Positions 46,514 through 54,152 of a stretch of DNA of 64,000 bases are shown here, piece by piece; position 1 is the stretch's first letter, and each line of letters begins with the position of its first letter. The notes beneath the pieces were generated by a model. That model was not told where the DNA came from. It saw only the letters and a program-made list of their open reading frames with translations, and made no database searches. Both the position numbers and the translations under genes were made by a program. The stretch covers positions 2,203 to 66,202 of the forward strand of contig CAYQYW010000005.1 in the NCBI GenBank assembly GCA_964421995.1, written 5' to 3'. Origin of the DNA: an uncultured Candidatus Saccharibacteria bacterium (GTDB taxonomy: Bacteria > Patescibacteriota > Minisyncoccia > Phycocordibacterales > CAYQYW01).

Positions 46514-47322
46514 TGTTAGATACTACTTGGAAAGTCAAAAAAATAGAGTCTAAAAATGATTTTGATCCAGGTATACTACTTCCTCAACTTGCGAACAATG
46601 ACATTCCAGCAATACAAATAGCCAATTTTTATTCACCGGATGTGCTAGATACAATTGTGAAGAATATATTTTCACAGGGGATTCTATGGTATCAAAATTT
46701 TGAATACAAACAGGGTAGAATTGGTGTTTGTGCGACTGAGTATTATTCGAAACTAAATGGAAAAGCAGCTTATTTTGCGCTTGAACCAGAACATTCTCGT
46801 ATTAGAGAAAACATTTTTTCTACTACTCTAGATCCAGTTAACAAACTGATCGAGTTATTTTCTATTAGTTACAAAACAAACATTGCTCGTGAGCCTACTA
46901 TGGGGAATTTAAAATATTTTTCTGGTATTATTCGTGCAATGCAACAAAAAAGTACTGCACATTTTGACTATGCCACTCATCAATTACCAGGGTGGTGGGT
47001 TTCAAACATGGAAGCACAGTTCGGTATTGTTATTTATTTACAAATGCCTGAATTAGGAGGAGAGTTAACTATATATAATCGACCGTGGATACCTGAGGAT
47101 GATAAATATAATCAAGACGTAGAAGAAAAGGGTCCAAAAGGTTTTGATGAAGGACTTTTAAAAAATGTTCCTTCAACAACAATTACTCCTCATGTAGGTG
47201 ATGTAATTATTTTTAGCACAAGAAACTTTCATCAAGTTGATGGTATTAATTCTGATACTATTCGTTTGACTTGTAATTCATTTGTAAGTCTTAAAGACAA
47301 CAAACTTTATTTGTGGAGTTAA
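46514..47322 (+). CDS. 2OG-Fe(II) oxygenase-superfamily-like protein (PhyH-like)
   Basis: Putative facial triad AHFDYA (HxD) ... HVGDVIIFSTRNFHQV, with RLT 11 residues after the distal His (RxS/T 2OG-binding-like). Start moved to MLDTTW (46514). Confidence 0.4.
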
Positions 47323-47334
47323 TAGAATATTTTC

Positions 47335-48171
47335 TTACCACAGGTCTGACAACGTGTAGTCATGGAATTGATTCATAACTGTTTTTGTGATTAATCCAAC
47401 TTTACCATCTCCAACAGGATTATTGTCTATTTTAGTGACGGGAACCACCTCTTTAGCACTTACCGACAAGAACACTTCTGATGCATTCTTAAGATCATCT
47501 ACTGAAAAGTCTTCAACTACAATTGGAATATCAAGTGTTAGGGTTTCAAGTAATACTCCTCGTGTTATTCCATATAAAATGTTATTTTGCGGAGTAAGAA
47601 GCCTGTTGTTTATAACAGCAAAAATATTACTACAAGCACCCTCTCGCACTATATTATCTGAATGGTAAATTAGTTCAGCAATACTTAATGATTCAAAAAG
47701 ATGTATGTTCCGTACTAATTCAATATAGTTATTAGTTTTTGCGTTTGCTTTGTACCGTTCAAATTCAATCAGGTGTACACTTACTCCATCTTCATACATT
47801 TCTTTTGCAAAAACAAAAAACGAATCAACAATAATCATTATGGTCGGTGTTTTTGGTGGAACTAAAGTGTTTGAGGGTCCGCCTGAAATAACAATTCGGA
47901 GAACTTTTTCATCAGCAGTTTTATTTTTAGCAAGCGTATCGAAAACCCACTTAATGATTTGTTTTTTCTCCCATGGAATTGAAAGACTTATACTAGCTGC
48001 CGATTGATAGAGTCGATCAATATGTTTTTTTAGTATAAACGGTTTATGGTGTGGATATGTTCTTATCAATTCAAAAACTGCATATCCTCGAGAATACCCA
48101 AGATCTCGTGGAGAGATAAGAAGTTCTTCCTCAGAAACAAATGATCCATTTAAAAAGTGAATATTAGTCAT
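47335..48171 (-). CDS. Class IV PLP-dependent aminotransferase (D-amino-acid / branched-chain aminotransferase or ADC-lyase family)
   Basis: GYAVFE, TNNYIEL and EGACSNIFAV blocks typical of fold-type IV enzymes. PLP-Lys region present. Confidence 0.65.
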   Translation of the reverse strand: MTNIHFLNGSFVSEEELLISPRDLGYSRGYAVFELIRTYPHHKPFILKKHIDRLYQSAASISLSIPWEKKQIIKWVFDTLAKNKTADEKVLRIVISGGPSNTLVPPKTPTIMIIVDSFFVFAKEMYEDGVSVHLIEFERYKANAKTNNYIELVRNIHLFESLSIAELIYHSDNIVREGACSNIFAVINNRLLTPQNNILYGITRGVLLETLTLDIPIVVEDFSVDDLKNASEVFLSVSAKEVVPVTKIDNNPVGDGKVGLITKTVMNQFHDYTLSDLW

Positions 48172-48283
48172 TGTGTTTTATTATACTGCATTAGTATTAC
48201 ATATGTAAAAATCAGTGCAACAAAGTAATAAAAAGCTTATTTGACATTTTTATAATATTTCTGATATTCTATTATAACTAATT

Positions 48284-50155
48284 ATGGAATACAGTGAGGC
48301 TAGAAAGCGATATCTTAAATTTTTTCAGAAACGAAAACATGCGATTGTTCCATCTGCATCACTTGTACCAATAAATGACCCAACCACTTTATTTACTGGG
48401 TCTGGAATGCAGCCAATGGTACCGTTCCTCTTAGGTGAAGCACATCCTAAAGGATCTAGGATTGTTGATTTACAAAAATGCTTTCGTGCAGAGGATATTG
48501 AAGAAATAGGAGATAATCGTCACACAACATTTTTTGAAATGATGGGGAACTGGTCTTTTGGTGATTATTTTAGAAAAGAACAACTTTCTTGGTATTTTGA
48601 ATTTCTCACAGACGAGATGGATATAGATCCAAAGAAACTTTATGTAACGGTATTTGCAGGAGATAAAGATTTTGATTTAAAAAGAGATGACGAAGCTATT
48701 AGTATTTGGAAGAAACTTTTTGCTGGAAAAGGTATAGAGGCAAAAGATATATACGTAGGAAGCGAAGAGCATGGTGCTAATTTAGATATAGGCGATGCTC
48801 GTATTTTTCAATATACCGCAAAGAAAAACTGGTGGTCTCGAGCCGGGATACCAAAAAATATGCCAGTCGGAGAAATGGGAGGTCCAAATTCTGAAGTATT
48901 TTTTGATTTTGGTACTCCACACGACACCGCTTACGGAAAATATTGTCATCCAAATTGTGACTGCGGAAGGTTTGTAGAGCTTGGAAACTCTGTTTTCATA
49001 ACTCACCTAAAAACAGATGACGGAAATTTTGTATTATTACCAAAAAAGAACGTAGATTTTGGTGGGGGAATAGAACGTCTTGTTGCTATTGCGAATAAGA
49101 ATCCTGATATATTTTCAATCAATATCTTCCAGGGGGTGATTGCAAAGCTTGAAGAACTTTCTGGAAAATCTTACGATCAAGATAAACATGCATTCCGGAT
49201 TATCGTTGATCATATTCGGGGAGCTCTCTTTATGATTGTTGATGGAGTTGTTCCTTCAAACACTGAACAAGGCTATTTCTTACGAAGGCTTCTACGACGA
49301 ATGATAGTACATGCTGATCGACTTACTATTCCTAAATATGGTCTTATAGAACTTCCTGAAATTATTGCTGTTGAGTATAAAGATGTCTACCCAGAATTAG
49401 TTGAGAAGATTTCATATGTACAGAAAATTTTTAGAGAAGAGGAAGAACGTTTCCGTGTCACTCTCACAAAAGGTCTTAAAGAATTTAAAAAGCTTTCTCA
49501 TAACACAAGTTTTATCTCTGGACACGATGCATTTATTCTTTTTTCTACATACGGATTTCCGTTAGAAATTACTATAGAATTTGCTGAAGAATGTGGAATT
49601 ACTGTTGACGAAGAGGCATTCCATGAAGAAATGAAAAAGCATCAAGAGGAATCACGAAAAGGGGTAGGGCAGAAATTTAAAGGAGGTCTTGCAGACAACA
49701 ATGAAAAGATAACTATGCTCCATACCACAACACACCTTATGCTAGCAGGACTTAGAAAATACTTGGGCAAAGATGTACACCAGGCAGGATCGAACATAAC
49801 TGTTGAACGTACTCGTTTTGATTTCACTCATTCTGAAAAAGTTAGTAGAGAAATTCTAAATAAGGTAGAAGAATATGTTAATAGGGCAATTCAAAATAAA
49901 TGTAATGTCATCACTGAACAAATACCAAAAGAAAAAGCAAAGGAACAGGGCGTCGAAGGAAGTTTTTGGGAGAAATATCCTGATACGGTGAATGTGTACA
50001 GCGTTGTTTGTTCAGACGGAACTGTCTATTCAAAAGAATTATGTGGCGGACCACATGTTAAAAACACAAAAGAAATCAAGGGCACCTTTAAAATCAAAAA
50101 AGAAGAGGCTAGTTCTGCAGGGGTAAGAAGAATAAAAGCTATTTTAGAAGAGTGA
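48284..50155 (+). CDS. alaS: Alanyl-tRNA synthetase (catalytic, tRNA-recognition and editing domains; no C-Ala domain)
   Basis: 623 aa. TTLFTGSGMQPMVPF, RHTTFFEMMGNWSFGDYF, GGGIERL. Editing-site HTTTHLM (HxxxH) and CGGPHV (CxxxH). Confidence 0.9.
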   Translation: MEYSEARKRYLKFFQKRKHAIVPSASLVPINDPTTLFTGSGMQPMVPFLLGEAHPKGSRIVDLQKCFRAEDIEEIGDNRHTTFFEMMGNWSFGDYFRKEQLSWYFEFLTDEMDIDPKKLYVTVFAGDKDFDLKRDDEAISIWKKLFAGKGIEAKDIYVGSEEHGANLDIGDARIFQYTAKKNWWSRAGIPKNMPVGEMGGPNSEVFFDFGTPHDTAYGKYCHPNCDCGRFVELGNSVFITHLKTDDGNFVLLPKKNVDFGGGIERLVAIANKNPDIFSINIFQGVIAKLEELSGKSYDQDKHAFRIIVDHIRGALFMIVDGVVPSNTEQGYFLRRLLRRMIVHADRLTIPKYGLIELPEIIAVEYKDVYPELVEKISYVQKIFREEEERFRVTLTKGLKEFKKLSHNTSFISGHDAFILFSTYGFPLEITIEFAEECGITVDEEAFHEEMKKHQEESRKGVGQKFKGGLADNNEKITMLHTTTHLMLAGLRKYLGKDVHQAGSNITVERTRFDFTHSEKVSREILNKVEEYVNRAIQNKCNVITEQIPKEKAKEQGVEGSFWEKYPDTVNVYSVVCSDGTVYSKELCGGPHVKNTKEIKGTFKIKKEEASSAGVRRIKAILEE

Positions 50156-50253
50156 CTTTAATCTCTTCTAAAATAGCTTATAACCTTGATGATTAAGGCA
50201 ATAAAAAGTATTAAGATAAATTCACAATTTTATTGTAGATCATTGAAATAATT

Positions 50254-50610
50254 ATGAAAACATTAAGAACAGTAAAAGGAGAGGCCATCTATTCGAAGCA
50301 TAAAAAGAATCGAAAAGACGATCCTTGTCCTCTGTGTAATGAAGAACTATTACACCATTTTACGTATTGGAAAGTAATTACCAATAGTTTTCCATATGAT
50401 CGTATTGCTCGTGTTCATGATATGGTTGTTCCAATACGACATGTTGTGGAAAATAAACTCACTAAAGATGAATTAGAAGAATATGAAGAATTAAAAAATG
50501 GCTTTTTAAGCGAAAAGTATACATATTTCATTGAGGTTTCAGCAAAAGAAAAAACAATATTAAATCATTTTCATATTCACCTTATAAATCTAAAAACAAG
50601 TTTTTGCTAA
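50254..50610 (+). CDS. HIT-family (histidine triad) nucleotide hydrolase/transferase
   Basis: C-terminal NHFHIHLI histidine-triad motif. N-terminal CPLC. Confidence 0.55.
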   Translation: MKTLRTVKGEAIYSKHKKNRKDDPCPLCNEELLHHFTYWKVITNSFPYDRIARVHDMVVPIRHVVENKLTKDELEEYEELKNGFLSEKYTYFIEVSAKEKTILNHFHIHLINLKTSFC

Positions 50611-50616
50611 CTAATT

Positions 50617-50766
50617 TATATATCATCGTACTCTTTCTCACATTGAGGGCAACACATTCCAGGTAAAATGCACAGCCAACTACAACATTCTTTTCCAGGT
50701 TCAGGTTTGTAGTCCGGATTGTCTCTAAACTCTTCCTCAAGGGGGAATTTTTCTTGAATACTCATT
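50617..50766 (-). CDS. Unannotated 49-aa cysteine-rich mini-protein
   Basis: Hand-translated: MSIQEKFPLEEEFRDNPDYKPEPGKECCSWLCILPGMCCPQCEKEYDDI. Six Cys arranged CC-x3-C-x6-CC-x2-C. ATG to TAA in frame. Fills the gap between the HIT and NUDIX genes. Below the ORF-track length cutoff. Confidence 0.3.
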
Positions 50767-50956
50767 TTAGAATATTACAGAATTATTTTACTAAAATCAA
50801 ACAATGTCTCCGCCCTATGGGGTTACTGGTCCCATATGGATAAGACCATTGTCCATCTAAATATGGACGCTTTTTTGACAGTTCAAAAAACTCACAAAAA
50901 AAGTTACTTAGAATGGTAGGTCTCTGAATTAAGAAACTGGTATAGTATATGAGCAT

Positions 50957-51388
50957 ATGAAAAAGGATCAATCATTGGGAGTGGTAGTAGTTTGCAAGGG
51001 AGCTGTACCTAGATATTTATTGGTACATCACCAAACGGGACATTGGGCTTTCCCTAAAGGTCACCAAAAAGAAGGAGAAACTTCAATTGAGACGGTACAA
51101 AGAGAGCTGTATGAAGAAACGGGACTCAAGAATATTACAATTCTTGAAGATACTAGATTTACTGAAAAATATATTATGAATAATGATACTGAAAAAACAG
51201 TTCATTTCTTTATTGGTTTTTCAAATGAAGTTTGTGGAGGTCCAATTGATAAGTTTAAATATGAAATTTCTGAAGCAAAATGGGTAACGTATGATGAAGC
51301 AAAAGAATTACTTACCTATGTTGAAGCGAGAAATGTACTAGACGAAGTACTTGAGTATTTGAAAAAAAATGAAAGCACTAATCTTTGA
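50957..51388 (+). CDS. NUDIX hydrolase
   Basis: Nudix box GHWAFPKGHQKEGETSIETVQRELYEETGL (Gx5Ex7REUxEExGU). Confidence 0.75.
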   Translation: MKKDQSLGVVVVCKGAVPRYLLVHHQTGHWAFPKGHQKEGETSIETVQRELYEETGLKNITILEDTRFTEKYIMNNDTEKTVHFFIGFSNEVCGGPIDKFKYEISEAKWVTYDEAKELLTYVEARNVLDEVLEYLKKNESTNL

Positions 51389-51971
51389 TTTTGATGGAGT
51401 GATTGTAACAACGTCAGACTTTTCCTATGACATATTACATGAAATAAAACCTAGCTTGTCGAAAGAGAGGTTTTTACGGATGTTTGATGGAAATGTTAAT
51501 CATGGATTACAAAGAGAAAATATAACTAGTAAACTTCTTATCAATTACTTTTTTGGAAAATATTCAACTAAAATAATGAAAGTTGATCCTGTTGCTAAAA
51601 TAGATAGGGTGATCCGGAAAACATCAGAATCGTGTACTTTATTTATTGTGTCAGCTTCTTTGACATTCATCATTAACGAGTATTTAGAGAAAAATAACCT
51701 ACGTCGTTATTTTGAGGACATTCTTGGAAATGATATTGCGTATAGTAAGACAGAAAAAATAAATAGTATTTTGGAAAAATACACCCCAGAAGATTGTTTA
51801 TTTATTACTGATACGCTTGGTGATATTCTTGAAGGTAAGAAAAGTAAAGTGAAAACAATAGGTGTTACTTGGGGATATCATGATAGGGGTTCTATAGAAA
51901 GGGGAAATCCAGATTCTATTGTTACTAATCCCAAGGAACTACTTGAAAAGTTACAAAGTAGCTTTCTTTAG
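51369..51971 (+). CDS. HAD-superfamily hydrolase (subfamily IA-like)
   Basis: Motif I IFDFDGVIV. Downstream motifs consistent with phosphatase and beta-PGM-like HADs. Confidence 0.7.
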   Translation: MKALIFDFDGVIVTTSDFSYDILHEIKPSLSKERFLRMFDGNVNHGLQRENITSKLLINYFFGKYSTKIMKVDPVAKIDRVIRKTSESCTLFIVSASLTFIINEYLEKNNLRRYFEDILGNDIAYSKTEKINSILEKYTPEDCLFITDTLGDILEGKKSKVKTIGVTWGYHDRGSIERGNPDSIVTNPKELLEKLQSSFL

Positions 51972-51995
51972 ACTTTAAGAGTATTATTAGAGTAG

Positions 51996-52409
51996 ATGAC
52001 AGAGTTAGCTACATTTGGTGCAGGATGTTTCTGGGGGCCTCAATTAACCTTTAGCAAGCTTCCTGGTGTTGTTAAGACGGTTGTAGGATTTGCTGGGGGA
52101 GATACTGACAATCCAACCTATGAGGAAGTCAGTCAGGGAACTACGGGGCACAGCGAAGTAGTGAGGGTTGAATATGATCCAGAGAAAATTTCCTATAAAG
52201 CGCTTCTTGAGGCGTTTTTTTCTATGGATGCACCATACGAAGAGGCGATCACACAGTATAAATCTCTTATTTTTTTTCATACAGACGAGCAGGAAAAGAT
52301 TGCACGAGAACTGTTACCAGAGAATATTAAAACAGAAATTCTTCCGGCTGGAATGTTCTATGAAGCAGAAGAATATCACCAGGGTTATTTCAAAAAACAA
52401 GGAAGATGA
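51996..52409 (+). CDS. msrA: Peptide methionine sulfoxide reductase MsrA
   Basis: Active-site GAGCFWG at the N-terminus. About 137 aa. Confidence 0.9.
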   Translation: MTELATFGAGCFWGPQLTFSKLPGVVKTVVGFAGGDTDNPTYEEVSQGTTGHSEVVRVEYDPEKISYKALLEAFFSMDAPYEEAITQYKSLIFFHTDEQEKIARELLPENIKTEILPAGMFYEAEEYHQGYFKKQGR

Positions 52410-52771
52410 AAAGATATATATTACCCATGATGGTCCTTCTCTTGATTGCATTTATTACGTATCAGACCTTTGAGATTCAGGTGCATGATTTTGAATCCTG
52501 TGTAGAGAAAACTGGTACCGTAATGGAATCGTACCCACGACAGTGTATATATAGCGGAATAACGTATATAGAAGATATATCGGTTCTTTGTACTGAGGAG
52601 CAAAGAGACGCTCAATTTTGTACTGCAGATTATGCACCGGTCTGTGCAACAGTTTTGGTTCAGTGTATTACCGAACCATGTGACAGAGTGCAACAAACAT
52701 TTTCTAATTCATGTGGCGCGTGCTCTAATCGATTGGTGGGGTCTTATGTTCCCGGCGAGTGTCCTTCATAG
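52406..52771 (+). CDS. Secreted cysteine-rich protein with Kazal-like domain
   Basis: Signal anchor, then CTADYAPVCATVLVQCITEPCDRVQQTFSNSCGAC. Resembles the Kazal pattern C-x-DY-x-PVC...Y.N.C..C. Confidence 0.35.
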   Translation: MKRYILPMMVLLLIAFITYQTFEIQVHDFESCVEKTGTVMESYPRQCIYSGITYIEDISVLCTEEQRDAQFCTADYAPVCATVLVQCITEPCDRVQQTFSNSCGACSNRLVGSYVPGECPS

Positions 52772-52821
52772 AGGAGATTAAAAAGCTACGATAATTTACC
52801 ATTATAGGGTAGTATATAGAT

Positions 52822-52914
52822 ATGAAAAAAATTACTATAAAACAAGGAGTTGTAATGGGGGTCGCTCTCCTTGTAATATTTATTTTGTTTGGATTTGGAA
52901 ACCCCTTTTCATAG
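52822..52914 (+). CDS. Hypothetical 30-aa membrane mini-ORF
   Basis: MKKITIKQGVVMGVALLVIFILFGFGNPFS. Followed by a terminator hairpin. Confidence 0.15.
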   Translation: MKKITIKQGVVMGVALLVIFILFGFGNPFS

Positions 52915-52937
52915 GAAGCGAAGTTAGTATTGAATTT

Positions 52938-52968
52938 AAACAGCCCGCCTTGTGGGCTGTTTGTGTTT
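52938..52968 (+). terminator. Rho-independent terminator upstream of tgt
   Basis: AAACAGCCC-GCCTTGT-GGGCTGTTT followed by GTGTTT. Confidence 0.6.
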
Positions 52969-52982
52969 AACGTATAGTTTGT

Positions 52983-54152
52983 GTGATGAAATTTAGTATA
53001 CAGAAAAAACTTACTACTACGCTTGGTAGAGCGGGAATTCTTGAAACCCCACATGGGGTAATTAAAACCCCAGCGTTTGTTGCTGTTGGCACCAAGGCAA
53101 CACTCAAGGCAATGACACCAGAACAAATTGATGAATCAGGTGTACAGGCGGTTCTTGCAAACACCTACCATTTATATCTTCAACCGGGAGATGAGGTGGT
53201 GCGCGACGCAGGCGGCTTAAATCAATTCATGAACTATAGTGGCCCTACGATGACTGATTCGGGAGGATTCCAAGTATTTTCACTTGGTGCAGGGTTTGAT
53301 AAGACGGTCTCCAAGTTTACTACTCATACAAAAGAAGAATCCTTAGCGGTATACGACGAAGGAATACGCTCACAACATGGGCAACTTGCTATTGTTGATG
53401 AAGAGGGGGTGAGTTTCACCTCTCATATTGACGGAAGTTTGCATCGGTTCACACCAGAACGGTCAATTGAAATACAACATAACATTGGTGCAGATATGAT
53501 ATTTACTTTTGATGAGTGTACGTCTGCTGACGCACCATACAGCTATCAACAAGAAGCAATGAATCGAACACATCGCTGGGCAGGTCGTTCCCGTAAAGCT
53601 CATCGCCAAGGATTATCAAAACAAGCGTTGTTTGGAATTGTGCAAGGTGGAAGATACGAAGATTTACGAAAGCAGAGTGCGAAAATTATTGGAGGAATGA
53701 ATTTTGATGGATTTGGCATCGGAGGATCATTTTCAAAGGAAGATATAGGAACTGCAGTAAAATGGGTAAACGAAATTCTACCAGCTGATAAACCGAAGCA
53801 CTTGCTTGGTATAGGAGAACCACTTGATCTATTCTTGGGGGTTGAAAATGGTGCTGATTTGTTTGACTGTGTTGCACCCACTAGACTTGGACGAAATGGA
53901 ACCGTATATACAGAACATGGTAGAGTGAATTTATTCAATGAGAAATATATACGAGATATTACTCCGTTTGGGAACTATACATATGCGTATATGTCGCACT
54001 TATTCAGAGCAAAAGAAATGTTAGGTAGCACCCTTGCATCGATGCATAATGTTCGGTTTATTTCAGATTTAGTTAAAAATATTAGACAGTCTATTTTAGA
54101 CGATCGATTTTTTGAGTACAAAGAGGAATTTTTAGGAAAGTATTATGTTTAA
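52983..54152 (+). CDS. tgt: Queuine tRNA-ribosyltransferase (Tgt), variant lacking the zinc-binding Cys/His cluster
   Basis: Conserved TGT blocks (TPAFVAVGTKATLK, MTDSGGFQVF, LFDCVAPTRLGRNG). Where E. coli has CxCxxC...H this protein has GNYTYAYMSHL. Confidence 0.85.
   Translation: MMKFSIQKKLTTTLGRAGILETPHGVIKTPAFVAVGTKATLKAMTPEQIDESGVQAVLANTYHLYLQPGDEVVRDAGGLNQFMNYSGPTMTDSGGFQVFSLGAGFDKTVSKFTTHTKEESLAVYDEGIRSQHGQLAIVDEEGVSFTSHIDGSLHRFTPERSIEIQHNIGADMIFTFDECTSADAPYSYQQEAMNRTHRWAGRSRKAHRQGLSKQALFGIVQGGRYEDLRKQSAKIIGGMNFDGFGIGGSFSKEDIGTAVKWVNEILPADKPKHLLGIGEPLDLFLGVENGADLFDCVAPTRLGRNGTVYTEHGRVNLFNEKYIRDITPFGNYTYAYMSHLFRAKEMLGSTLASMHNVRFISDLVKNIRQSILDDRFFEYKEEFLGKYYV

Noticed and set aside
50783-50971. 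62-aa minus-strand ORF upstream of the NUDIX gene
   Set aside because: Hydrophobic low-complexity translation that overlaps the NUDIX start region. No support as a gene.
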